Source: Nageia nagi | Lineage: Eukaryota > Plantae > Pinophyta | Assembly: GCA_050084985.1 (NCBI GenBank) | Contig: JBITNC010000001.1 | Coordinates: forward strand, 70,866,001 to 70,930,000 | Direction: 5' to 3' | DNA: 64,000 bases | Shown: positions 39,550 to 52,755 of the stretch, piece by piece | Numbering within the stretch: position 1 is the stretch's first letter | Layout: every line of letters begins with the position of its first letter | Program-made: the position numbers and the translations under genes | Notes under the pieces: model-generated | Told to the model about the DNA's origin: nothing | Databases searched by the model: none | What the model saw: only the letters and a program-made list of their open reading frames with translations

Positions 39550-40750
39550 ATATATAAACCTTACATATGGTTTCTTGGTAGATCGAGGTTTATTTAATCA
39601 AAAATTTAGTTAGGAGTTACATATAACCTTTTTTGTACCCTAGATTAGTTTGATTTTAAAAGTTTTAATTCATGATTATCTCCTCTCTAGCAAGGGAGGG
39701 AAAACAATCTAGGTTGGTCTTAAAAATATGGTTCAAGATATGATTTAGCATAATAATTTTTAGGCAAAATATCCAAAATACTCCTATAATTTTGCATAAT
39801 ATAAAAAATACCCCTACTTTTTTAAAAAATATTAAAAATACCCATGAATATTGGGATATGTATGGAGATACATATTGAACATATCGTGCAATAATATCTC
39901 AAGTGATTGGAACAAAGATCTAAGACTTAAAGCCTAGATTCTATGCAGTTACCTATTTTCAAGGTTTATGATTTGGGAATTTCACTTCCAACATTTATTA
40001 GTCATTAAACTCATGGATCCTTGAAGCTCATTAGAATCCTATCATTTTGATGATGCATATATTCATCATCAACTTATGATATGATATGATGAATGATTGC
40101 TCTTTGATTTCTTAGGCCTATCTTTGTTGCTAACAATGAAAAAATGTAAACATCATAGGAATTTGCATATTAATATCAAATTATCCCAATAACTTGTCTT
40201 GGTTGAATGCCTTTTTAAGTCTGTATCTTAGATTATTGATCTTTACCAAGGTCAATACTCATGCCAATGTTGGTAGGTCTTTGGAATCCCCTATGTACAT
40301 ACCATCAACATTTTTCTTTTTCCTTTTTTCTTTTATATATTTCTAAAAAAGTAGGGTTATTTTTTATATTTTAAAAAAATTAGGGGTATTTTTTATAATA
40401 TACAAAGTTATAGGGATATTTTGGATATTTTCCCTATTTTTTATGTATGGGATATTTTGATGCTCACCTACATGTATCATAATATTTATATCGGCCCTAG
40501 ACATGGTTTGTTGATAGAGAAAGATTTATTTAATCAAAAGGTTAGTTAGGGGTGTGCATAACCTCTTTTTTAACCTAAATTAAATTGATTTTAAAAGTTT
40601 TAATTCATGCTTTTCTCCTCCTTAGTTAAGAAGGGTATATAGTCTAGGTTAGTTTTGGTAACATGGTCCAAGATATGATTGAGCATAGTATTTGTTATAC
40701 ATGGGGCATCTCAATACTCACCTATATGTACCAAAATATGTATATATTCT
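39550..40750 (+). repeat. Two-copy ~260-bp tandem repeat; first copy split by a MITE
   Basis: tttatttaatcaaaa..ttagttagg...tgattttaaaagttttaattcatg at ~39590 and ~40525. Confidence 0.85.
39763..40434. mobile_element. Mutator-type MITE (672 bp)
   Basis: ~80-bp TIRs GG(C/G)AAAATATCCAAAATA..CCTATAA; 9-bp TSD taattttta / tatttttta (1 mismatch). Confidence 0.85.
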
Positions 40751-41429
40751 AGTTTTGATTAGGGATGAGAATTATTACAATAGAGGTACTCAAATTCTTA
40801 GTCCATAAGCATATTACTTTAAGTAGCTCCATTTATTATCAATGGACTTAGTTTCAATAAAATCACTAAACATATTATGATACTATAACATGGAGGATGG
40901 ATGAATTCATGTATGTTTATATATATTTATATTAATAGTTATTGGATTATTTAAAACCAAATATATTCATTTAGTATTTATGAAGGGGTGTTATATATAT
41001 AGTACAAGGAAGTTGAAAAGATATATGGATGTGAAGGTCTAGGTGGATCTACAATATCTAAAGGATCTTAAGGAATTATCAAGATAAAAAATATCATTTG
41101 ATTTTTAGCATGGTTCAAGGTATCTTAGGGGATCTTGTGGTTATCTATTAATCCATCATAAAGATGATATTAACACCAAAAGCATATTTGTGATGATTTT
41201 ATATGAGTATTTATCATCTAATGCAATAAGAACTCACCACCACTTAACAAAGATAATTCAAGGTGGATAAGAATGGGAGATTCATGATGGTAGGTCATGT
41301 GACCCACACTTATTACGACCCATGCCTAGGGAATATGATTGGTACAAGAGTTAATCCTATTAAGAGTGAAGGGGGGGTGATTTGGTGATACTTGATTTAA
41401 TTAGATAGTAGTCAGAGAGTAATAACATA

Positions 41430-42460
41430 AGATTGAAATTCATTTATTATTAAAAACTAGCAACCCTTGAAAATAGAGGTAATCATAAAAATGGTATTGA
41501 ATATCTCACCAATAAATGTAATCATTTTGCAAAAAAAATCTAGGAAAGTATATATTTATTTACACTTGATTTTGATTATATAGTTGGCTATCTTATATCA
41601 CATAAGGAAAGATTGAGTGAAACTAGAAAATAAAATAAGGAGAATACTTTTAAATGTAAATTACAAAATTCTAAGAATGATGAATCTATTTTAAGAAAAA
41701 TTAAAAAATAAAGCATAATGAAGAGGAATAAATCAAAATTACTCAATAGGTATATAAGGAAGAGGAGCTACTATTGCAAGAAGAGGACATAGAAGGAATA
41801 ATCAAAGAAAAGTTGAATGTTATAATTATCATAAAATGGATGACATCATATAAGACTATAAATTGAAGACCACAAATGGAGATATAAGAGTTCATTATGT
41901 ATGTGAAGATGAAGTTGTACAAGGTAATTTTTTTATAACTAGGGACATGGCTGAAAAAAATATTAAACAAGTTTGGTATTCAAATTCGACCTATTTTACC
42001 ATATGATTGGAAAGAAAGAGTTATTTAATAATGTGAATGATAATTTCAAGACCAATATCATCCTTGGATAAAGTAATGCTCTGGATGTGGTTGGAAAGGG
42101 TACCATATAGGTTGGAAATAAATAAGGTACAAAGAAAATCTATGATATCTACTATGCTCCAAATTTAAAAAATAATTTGTTGAGTTTGGACATTTTATAT
42201 AAAATGACTATAAGGTTGTATTTGAAAATAATGAATGCATCATTTATGATAATAATAATAAGAACCTTGTGGTCACCATTTTCCTTATGTAAAAGAAAAA
42301 ATATCTCCCTTGAAGTTTTGAGATAATGGGGGTGTGAACATGGAACATATATCACATGAAGATAATAATTAGCTTTGGCATCTTTAATTTGGTCACCTGA
42401 ATTTCAAAAGTTTGAAATTTATATCTTCACAAGATATGATAAATGGACTATCTAATGGAT
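41430..42460 (+). pseudogene. Ty1/copia gag-protease-preintegrase fragment
   Basis: VWYSNS..HMIGKKELF, LDVVGKG, IYYAPNLKNNLLS, LWHL*FGHLNFKSL. Confidence 0.75.
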
Positions 42461-42489
42461 GTATACATTGAGAAATTTTAATATATTAT

Positions 42490-44990
42490 AGTATCAATCC
42501 CTAATATAGAATATGGAAGGCTATCATATCTCTTCATAGATGGGTTACAAAAACTAATTAGATCATTAGTAAAAGCTATGGAACCATCCACTTTATCCAT
42601 GACCATCTGCAAGGTGAAGTTATTGGAAGGATTTAGTTATCTAAAGGGAGTTATTATGAAGATTCATATGATAAGAATATAGGTAACTAGCACCAACAAG
42701 GAATCAATAAGAAGCAAACCTCCACCACCTATTCAAAGACCAAAAAATGGATTGGACTATGCTACCTATGAGGCATTAAGGAAGCAAAAGTTTTGATTTT
42801 CTTATTAGAATCACTTGAAGAGAGGACATAGGTATAATGGAAAGGCACAACATATGTACTTGGAGGTATGTGAAGTAGAGGAAGACTCATACAGAGAAAT
42901 GAATACCTACCAACATTTTTTGGGAGTTTGAGATATTGGAGGGGCATTATCCACACTAAAGGGACCTTCACAATTTGTAACCATCAAGGTGGAAGGACTT
43001 GTGGATAATAGCAAAGTTATTATACTTATTTATGAAGGAAATACTAATAATTTCATAGATGAAGAATTCATAAAAAAGGATTCAAAATAAAAGAATTCTC
43101 TAGATTTTATTTAGCAATTGGAAATGGTAGCATAACTACTAGTCATAAGCTAGTGGAAAATGTTAGAGTTAAATCAAAAGATTATGTAGTCACTAGTAAT
43201 TTCTATATTCCTCCCCTTAGAGGATTACCACACATAGTGCTTGGAGTACAATGGTTTTATATGCTAGGAGAAGTATGTTCCAAATATAAAACATTGGAGA
43301 TGAAGTAAGAGGTAGTACTTCATGGCATGAAGGAACTAAGAGAAACAAGTATCAAGTTCAATAGGATGGAAGCTACTAAAAAGAAGGCATTGCTTGAAGA
43401 TTCTTAGACTAGCCAAGAAGATGTTGTTGTAATAGTGGAATTTCTAAATTACTTAAGGGCAAGCAATTTGGGGAGGGTGGACTTGTAATGTCCCCATTTT
43501 TTTAGGTTTTTTTTTCCATTTCACCTTTGATACATGGGAACATTAATTTATGAGTATTTTTTTCAATATTTGTATAATTTGATCAAAATGATATAAATTC
43601 CACTTAGAGACTTAATAAAGATCTAATTATGGAATAAATGGCCCTTTTATTTATTTATTTTTATTTATTTACCAAAATATCAATTAATGATGTATTTGTG
43701 ATACCAAGGAAATTATAATTGTAAATGCAATATTAGTCTCATTAAATGAGGCATTGCATATTTTAACCTTAATGATTGTAATATTGGCATTTAATGTATC
43801 TCTAATCATTAGTGCTTCTCTCTTCAAGGTAGAGCATCCCTATAGGTATTTGCACCAACTATGAGGATATTTGTAGCTCTGAGAATGAACTTGGCACTTT
43901 GAACTAGGTGTTGGAAATCTTGATGCAAGTAAATGGCTCAAGAACATGGACGTTGGGTATGGGAGCATCCCAAGACCCCATGTTGTCTATCTAGACATAT
44001 GGAATGATGGAGTTGATTATAATGGACTTTGAAATAACCCCTTCTTGGATGTTAGCTTTTTAGGGCTCTTGAATGTGATTACACTTATCCCAAGCCTTTC
44101 CATCTTAGTCATTGTATACATGAGCATAGGAATCACATATCTCCACTGTTGGATCATCCCATTGAAAGATTAGAAGATGATCATCCTCACCTATAAAAGG
44201 AGAACTCATATTCATTATAACATATGCTAAATTTGATCATAAATCCTTTTATTCTAGATTTAATGAAGGCTCTATATTTGTAACTTGTGGGGCAACTTAC
44301 ATTTGAGGTATCAAAGTGAGAAGAGGTTACCTTTGAACTTAATCTAACCATTTTGAGAGGAACGATGCTAGTTCCTATCATAATTGCTGCAGAGGAGACT
44401 TGGTCTTGCCTTGCTACTTCTAAGATTGGTGAGGCCCTAGCACCATTCAAAATAACCCTATAAGAGATAGTATTGGTAAAACCTCCATAGGTTGGAAAAA
44501 ATATTATAATTATGATTTATTCTTTTGTATCAATACAATTAATTTTTATCATCAAAATCTTGCTATCGATCTCTTTATGCTTGGATGTTGGATTGGAAAT
44601 GTATTTTGCATTATTAAATTCTTGTTATTATTTTCCATTTGCAACATTGGATTATTGGATATATTTTACATGTTTGAGCTCATCTTTTGCATTCCAATAT
44701 GGAAATTAGATTTATGGAGTAATTTTGCATTCTCAAGTTATTATTTTGCTCCTTGGTTGAGGTGTTGAAAGACTAGAGGAATTACATACTTGAATATTGA
44801 AATTTGGTCTCAATAGTTGGACATTAGATCATAAGGTATTTTTATGTGTTCTAAATCATCTTTGGCCTTTCTATCAAGTCATTAGAGTCTTGGTACAATT
44901 TTTAGCTTTCTTTGGCTATTTTGAAGACCAAAATCTAAACATCCCTATACTAGGTCATATTTGAGGAGTGAGCCCAAAAAACACTCATCA
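42490..44990 (+). mobile_element. gag-protease-only gypsy element (TR-GAG-like), 5'-truncated, with 3' LTR 43484-44990
   Basis: LFIDGLQKLIRSLVKAMEPSTL (gag); ILIYEGNTNNFID and VLGVQWFYMLG (protease); PPT ggggagggtgg; LTR TGTAATGTCCCC...CTCATCA homologous to LTRs of 24330-29821. Confidence 0.8.
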
Positions 44991-45439
44991 CAATATTTGA
45001 GTGTTAGTATTGGTGTTAGTGTTGGTGTTAACATTCTCCATATGATTAACTGAATATGATTAGTACATGATTTATTACAATCTTAGATGGATTGGATATT
45101 AGTTAGGGTTATGTTAGAATCATATTATCAAATGATGGTAATGAAATCTCAATTTAGTTTGGTTTATGATGATTAGTGTTGGTGCTATCGATAACATTAG
45201 CATTAAGGAATTTAGATATTTATTTCAAAATGAAAGACCTGGGAGCATGATCTTTATTAGTAAAATCTCTTACTTTTGATCTTTTATGGCTTTGATATTC
45301 AATTTGTTTACATTTCTATGATCATGTTATGTTTACATACATACTTATTTGGTTGGAAAATGGAATGAATATCTTATTTGAAAAAGCATATATCTTCGTG
45401 AATGTTTAGAAAAATGAAGTCATTTATTTTTTGGAAAAA

Positions 45440-46050
45440 ATGCATGTCCTTGTTGGGTGGAAAATAAATAACCATCATTGTATTGGCTTTATGATTACTA
45501 TCTTTGGTTTGGTAATGATAACCCTTTAGGTTGATCACTATATGTCCTTACTATGAAGATAATAAAAAATAGCATAATATAATATATGTCCTTGTTGGAT
45601 GGAAAATAAATAATCATCATTATTTTAAATTTATGTTCATCATATTCATATATGTTATCCTATGTTAGTTGGGGAATAACTAACCATCATCATTATATTC
45701 AAATATATTACCCTTTATTGGTTGGGGAAGAATTAACCATCACCATTATGTTTAGATATATTACCCTTTGTTGGTTGGGGAAGAATTAACCATCACCATT
45801 ATGTTCAAGTATATTACCCTTTGTTGGTTGGAGAAGAACTAAACATCACTATGATAGACTTTGGGTTGATTTCCATTATTGGTTGAGGTAAAACTAACCA
45901 TCACCTTCATGATACATCCATGAATGGGGCATCTTTTTTCTTCCATGAAGATGTACACTCATGAATATGGAATCTTGTTGCTTCCATGATGATGTGACCT
46001 TCATGGTTTTATGATCACCATTTTTGGTTAGGTTTCAACTAACCATCACT
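45440..46050 (+). repeat. 3' stem-loop array of another Ogre/Tat-type element (52-bp tandem units)
   Basis: ttggttggggaagaattaaccatcaccattatgtt repeats; begins with the same catgtccttgttgggtgg motif as 6499 and 22370. Confidence 0.8.
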
Positions 46051-46105
46051 ATGATTATTTTTTGAATGTTTTAAGTGACTCCTAGTGTGAACTAAGTATC
46101 AACTA

Positions 46106-47760
46106 TGTTAACATTGATATGTAAATGATATGCAATGATATCAAGTAAATTAATAGAAATAACAATAGCAATTGTCTAAGATATAATAGATATAATAATA
46201 CATAAAGTATCTATGATTATTAGATCAAGATAACATCAAATTCATTATTGAAATAGGGATTAAGTGAGATGAATACTTATTATTCTTACTTAAATGATTA
46301 AAAATATATGTAAACAAGATATTGTTGAAGCTAATGATCTTAATATGCAAATATTGACACCAAAATAAATACTATAACCCTAGCATGGATGCATATGGGG
46401 GAAAAACATCGAGCTTTGAATAGTAGTGCTAACATGCATAGTAGCCCATATGTTGATCATCCAAGAAGTAGAATTCATAACAAAGATCCAAAACATAATA
46501 GTATATCAATAAGTAGATCCAAGCATATAATAATGATAGATGGAATAATATATAGATCATATGGTAACAAGATCCTAATCTTAATAGGAGGTGTTGATGA
46601 ACACCTAAAATAGGTACTAACTATTAAGATGAAATATTTATGATTTCCCTTGTAATATTACTTACCTTTATATATGTAAGAGAAGCTCCAAATTCCACTT
46701 AGAAAGGCAAGCACCAAAGCTTGGATACCTTGCACAATAAATGATAATATTACATGAGAAGAGACCAATATAACACACATGATATAAAATAATATTATCA
46801 TAATAAAACACTTAGTTTCAACAAATTCCTCTCTTTGCAAGTATAATTAAATGAAATGTAATTGTATTTATATCAAAAAAGGAAAATATAGAGAAAGAAA
46901 AATTTGATACTTCTTTTTTCCTATGAAATCATTTGATCATCAAAGGTTGATGATATTTATTTCCCCTTCTTTTCATTTATCATGACATGAAACGGTTCTC
47001 ATTGAGTGAAAATAATCAAGTGCAAAGAATGATCTATAAAAGAGAGATAGAAAATAACATATTACAAAAACATATATATGATTAAACACTTAAATATATA
47101 GCAGTGATAATGAGAGAAACAATCATCATAGGTGCACAATATCATCATGGTTACACTTGATTCCCTATTCATGGATATACATTGTCACATAAGAACCAAG
47201 CATCCCATTCATGGACTAATAAAAAAACATTCCATATCAAAATACATAGCAAGAAAGAGAAAGGATGAAATTAATATAATACGCATACATCACCATGATA
47301 GCACCAAATATCCTATTCATAGATAAAAATTATCATAATAATATCTAATTCCTCATTCATGGATGCACACATAAGATCATAAATAATAAGTATGGTGATG
47401 GTTAGTTTAAACCCAACCAACAAAGTTGATCATAAACACGTAAGGGCCACATTGTCATGGAATAAAGAAGTTACCCCATTCATGGGTGCACATCATCATG
47501 AAAGAAAATATATACCTTATTCATGGATGTATCATGAAGTTGATGGTTAGTTCTTACCCAACCAACAAATGATAACAATATCCAAATAGGGTGATGGTTA
47601 GTTCTTCCCTAACCAACAATGGGTAACAATATCCAAAAAAGGTGATGGTTAGTTCTTCCCCAACCAACAAATGGTAACATATCTAAACATAATGATTATT
47701 ACATAAAGATATTGATGGTTATTTATTTTTTTCCAAACAAGGATATACATTTTTCACAAA
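46106..47760 (-). mobile_element. 3' end of an Ogre/Tat-type element on minus strand (array, PPT, 3' LTR starting at 46823)
   Basis: 47390-47750 is reverse-complement-similar to 45440-46050; minus PPT aaagagaggaatt then TGTTGAAAC; 46900-46975 homologous to 7480-7560; left LTR boundary uncertain. Confidence 0.65.
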
Positions 47761-47799
47761 GTTATATACTTTTTTGGTCTAAACAAAAAAAAGGCCATT

Positions 47800-48769
47800 T
47801 GGTAAATTGAAGGATTTTTTATATAGGTACCCAAAACCTATAAAAACATATTTGTAATAGTATTAACAACATATTGCCACTATTTATTTTGTACAGAATA
47901 GGATGTACATTTAATAACCTACATGGAATCCACAACTTGAACCCATTTCTATACATAAGCTATTCCAAAATAATTCTACCACCATAGCTGTAGTGTTGCA
48001 ATCTAAGGTATTTTGCAGGAACCTCATTTATTTTCTTTGATTCAAAAGAAAACCTCTCCTGAATCCATCTATTATTTGTTGTTTACCATCAACAACTTCT
48101 TTGGAAGTTTCTTTTTATTTGATCTCTCCCTTACTCAGTCTTCTAACATTAGGCTTTTTTGAAAAACTCCTTATGATTCTATGATTACCCCTAAGGATTT
48201 AAATTTCATTAGTCAAACATGTTTTTTAGAGGAGTATTCTATCATCTCTTTATAGGAGATACCTATTTCCATTCATCATTCAGTGGTTTCTTTTCCATGA
48301 AGTCTTTCCTATGAATTTTATTTCCTACATTTTCTTCAATGGTGATCAAATATGGGGTAGAATCATTATTATTGTAGTTATCTATTATCAATAGAACTAC
48401 ATAAAATGCACGAACTTCATCAGCTATGATGACCAAAACTAGGGATCCAAAACTCCAATCTGATGCAAGTTCCTTTTCAATGTTGGTCACATCTTTTCTT
48501 GATTTATCATCTTGATTCAAAGCATTCTGATTATCAATACTACTTCAATTATGTGTAGCCTAACTATTATTTGCATCCTCCATCATTGGTTTCCCATGTA
48601 CCTTGTTTTGATTATGCCCATCTTGAAGAAATTTTGGTCTCCATACCTATTGAGTAAGACATGAGTTACTGTTATGCCCAAACTGATTGTATACTAAGCA
48701 TAAGTAGTTATTTCTTTCAAAATGTAGTTCATGAATACACTCACCTAAGTCCAATTTGAGCATGATAGT
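47800..48769 (-). pseudogene. L1 LINE ORF1 remnant (zinc knuckle), interrupted by CACTA
   Basis: ELHFERNNYLCLVYNQFGHNSNSC resembles the decayed YE...CxxCxxxGHxxxxC knuckle of plant L1 ORF1. Confidence 0.5.
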
Positions 48770-49596
48770 CACTACTACTAAAAAGGGCATTTTCATCCTT
48801 TTTTGCATCCAAAACCAATGTTTTTTGTTTTTGCATTTTCCCATTTTTTCCAACACAAAAAATGATGCAAATAACAAGTCAAAAATTACATCCTTTTTTT
48901 TAACACTTTTTACGTTATTTTTTTTGCATCCATAGAGCCAGTTTCTATGTTTTTTTTTACACCTAAAATGTGTCTAATTTTGCATATTTAAGGGTCAATT
49001 TTTACATCCCAAGGTGTCAAAAATTATGTCATTTTTTGCATCTTATAGGGTCTAAAACTGTGTCAATTTGTGAGTCTAAAAGGGTCATTTTTTACATCAT
49101 TTTTCTCTATTTATGTTCCCTTTTGTATTGAAAATCACATTGGTTTTGTTTGAAAATTATAAAAAAAATCAATTCATAATATTTATTAATACTTTTTCCA
49201 TTTCCATTAAAATGTTAATCGTATGTAAAAATAATATGCTTGTTTCAACAATCATATGGAAAAATAATACGTAAATTGTATGTTGCAACTATTTCAATGA
49301 GTGATCATATGTTAAAATAATATGCCAATAACATTTTGTAAAACTATGATAAATTATGCTAAAATCTATACACCAAAATATACATTGACAAAACCATGAT
49401 AACATCCACATCAAAATATATCAAAATAACATACATATAGACATTTGAATATGCTAAAATGATATACATCTATACATAAAAATATGTCAAAATGATATAT
49501 AGGTCAGTGTGAATACATCCATGTGATTTCTCAAAAATGATACAATGTTAATACTATCCATATCATGAGTACAAAATGGTAGTACAACTACTAATA

Positions 49597-52560
49597 CTAA
49601 ATATTAACATCATCATTAGATCTAGACTCAGTACCTTCTGACTCACTACCATGAACACCTGATTGATCACCACCTAACTCACTACTTGAGCCACTACTTG
49701 ACCCACTATAATGTCTACACCCTAGTTGTTGTATTGGCTCACTATATGCCCTACTAGGACATGTTGGCTCATCCTCAAATAAATTATCACATCTCACATC
49801 CTAGGTAGATGGTGAATCACCCTCATTTGATGCACTCACATGCGATGCACCCCCTACCCTCTGCAATGTAATACCCATGTGCAAATAATAAGAAAATAAA
49901 TATTAGTGTGCATACAATCATACTTATAGAATATATGCATCACCTATAAGAAATTCATGATATGTTTTTATTAATTAAAATAATTGAAACTACTTATACT
50001 AGCATTCACAATGTCCCTCAAGGCTTGGTAACCATATGTGATACCATATTGGTGTTCATTCTCATTAGGAAATTGATTGAAATCTCTCAACTACAAAAAA
50101 AGTTAATGAGTACTATATTAAAATCCATTTACCTAGCTATATCATTGAAAATCACTGCATGTAGAAAATATACTTACAAATCAAGCTTCCATAATCTTCA
50201 CCGCTCCACTTCTAGCTCGATGCATAATACTGCATCCCAATTTGGCAAGTCTAGACTTTGATGCTTTTTCTTGTGATGTCTCCAAGCCTTATGTTTTCCA
50301 TTTTTCTACCTTGTCTACTTTTTTAAGTAGCATCTTCCAAACCTTATTATGAAATAATTAATTAGTATTATGTCAAAATAATCAATTAATTAGGTTCAAA
50401 TAATAAATGGATATGATAATATTGATCCATACCTTCTTATGGACATCAATTGGTTTTTGTGCTAGATTTCTTTGGTCAGGGGGAAGTTTCATCACTTTTT
50501 ATCTAATATGATATCTAACCCTTTTCAGATTCAAGCCTACCTATTGGATCGCTTTCATCACCCTTCACCAAATTCATGTTTCAAGTTTGTTATTATTCTC
50601 TTTTTTGCTATAAAAATACAAATAATAACAAATTAGTTTTAGTCTCTCGAAATATTAAATTAACAAAAGCAAAACATATATACCAAAAAATGATGCAAAA
50701 AATGAAAACAAAAACATACCAAAATCATCTTGTTTCTTCCATGGTCGATCAAGGGTTTTTGCAAATTCTTCTATTGCAGCATTTTAGAGAGATTTGTAAA
50801 ATAGTTTACTTGAAAAATAGTCAAAATCATATTAGTAAATGATCAATATACTTCTAATAAATATGTAAATTTATTTTTTTCAAATTGAAACTATTACCAT
50901 TTTCATCTTTTAGGACCTCTCCATTCTTCCTCACAAAAATTTGAAGATTTCTAGAGCCTTGAGTCGTCAATAAGGATTATTGATTGACCAACTCTACTAA
51001 AATCATATATTGCATGTAAATTGATTGAAAATATGCTTCAAAATATAAATTAGAATAATTTTATATTACTTCTTAATAAATTAAGTAATTAATTATAAAT
51101 ATTCACTTGAACAAGTGATGTCAGGTCTCTACGATGCTTCTCTAGAATTGTCACCCCTAATACTTGACATCAACTCAGCTTGGCTAAACATTAATTTAGC
51201 ATATGTAACAACCCCTTTTAACTTCTTTGTATGTTCAATAAATTAAAAAAATAAAGTGATTACATTTCCTACTTAATGAAATATATATAGTATAATTTAA
51301 AATTGCATATATGTTACATAATACATATTGATACTTACAAGTATTTTTTTTAATTTTTGCAATGTCATCTTTCTCTTTTTTTGTATCCTTTTCATTTGAT
51401 TTTCTTTTTCCCTTATCTTTATCTTTATCACCCTTCTTTCTATGCCCCATATATGGTAAATGGTGATCACTAGAAGAAAGTAAACAAAATTAGAGATATA
51501 ACATCAATATTTACTAAATAACATCAAAATACATTACTAATTAATATATAACATCATTTAATTAGTAAATAACATCATAGGCACAAAAATGTGTAGGATG
51601 ATCTAGATAGAAGGCATTTGCAAACAACTACTAGATAATGGGGCAAGGGCCCTAATATATTGACTTTCTTAACTTGGAAATTATGAGGAGCATAATGGTT
51701 CCTTTCGTATATTACATAATTATACAATGGTTATCCTTATCTTTGATAATTTATGTTTTTATTACAAATATAAGGCATTTGCAAACACCTACTATAGAAT
51801 GGTGCAAGGGCCCTAGCTAATAGATATGTTGCTAGAACACAAATTGTATGATGATATTTCTTCAACAAGATAGAGGAATAAAAGCTAAAACTTCATGATA
51901 AAGCCAATGGAAGGGTTGTTGATAATTTTTGGTAATTTTTTAGTTGTTTTTTAGGCTAGAGATTATTAGAGAGCTTATAGGAGTTGATTAGAAAGAGTTT
52001 TAGAGATTATAGAGGTTATATTTTAAATTGAATATCCATTAGAGATAGTAACACTCTAACATATTATGATTGCATATCATTTTGTTAGTAAATATATATT
52101 AATTAAAACTTAAGTTTGAAGTGGATGTTTACCTACATTGTGGTTTTAGTGCTATAAATACTTGTGTCATATTATGTGTGGACATTTTTACTATTGGTTA
52201 TTTATTATTTTATGTCACAAATATCCATCCTCCATGATCATATGACTTACATGGTAGCTTTTTATCTTGAGCATGAGAGGAATTAGTAGTATTAATGGTT
52301 GTGAAAGATGCAATCCATAATAAGTTAGAATCAATTCTTTAAAATCTCTTCGCAATATTTAACCCAATTTAATTTGAATGCTTCATTAAAAATTTAACTA
52401 AACTATTGCAAGTAAGTTCAATCGAATTCTAAATACAAAACCCTATGAGAAAACATGCCAAAAAATAAAAAAAAATAAGTTAGAATTGAGTGAAATCAAG
52501 AATAAATCAAGTTAGAATTGAATGGAATTAGTTAGAAGGGAACTTACTTGGTGCTCTCTC
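49597..52560 (-). pseudogene. Multi-exon TnpA-like (Ptta/En/Spm, Transposase_24-like) gene
   Basis: About 8 GT-AG-bounded exons; first coding exon MGHRKKGDKDKDKGKRK (NLS-like); QEKASKSRLAKLGCSIMHRARSGAVKIMEA motif at ~50270-50180; last exon ends with ORF 49597-49797. Confidence 0.6.
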
Positions 52561-52755
52561 ACTAGAAATCAAATTTTGTATCTTTTATCACCAAATAGGT
52601 CAGGGGGAAGTGACTGGGGAAGTGATAGGTAGCCCTACTTTTATTTTTTTATGATTTTTGATGTAATTTAATACAAAAGAGGATGCAAATTTGTGTCCTT
52701 TTTTGCATCTAAATAGAAATAAATAAATAAAATTTTAAGTTAAAATCATTATTCT

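Noticed and set aside
46592-46823. 232-bp solo LTR with TGTTGA...TCAACA ends
   Set aside because: No TSD; better explained as part of a longer 3' LTR of the minus-strand element
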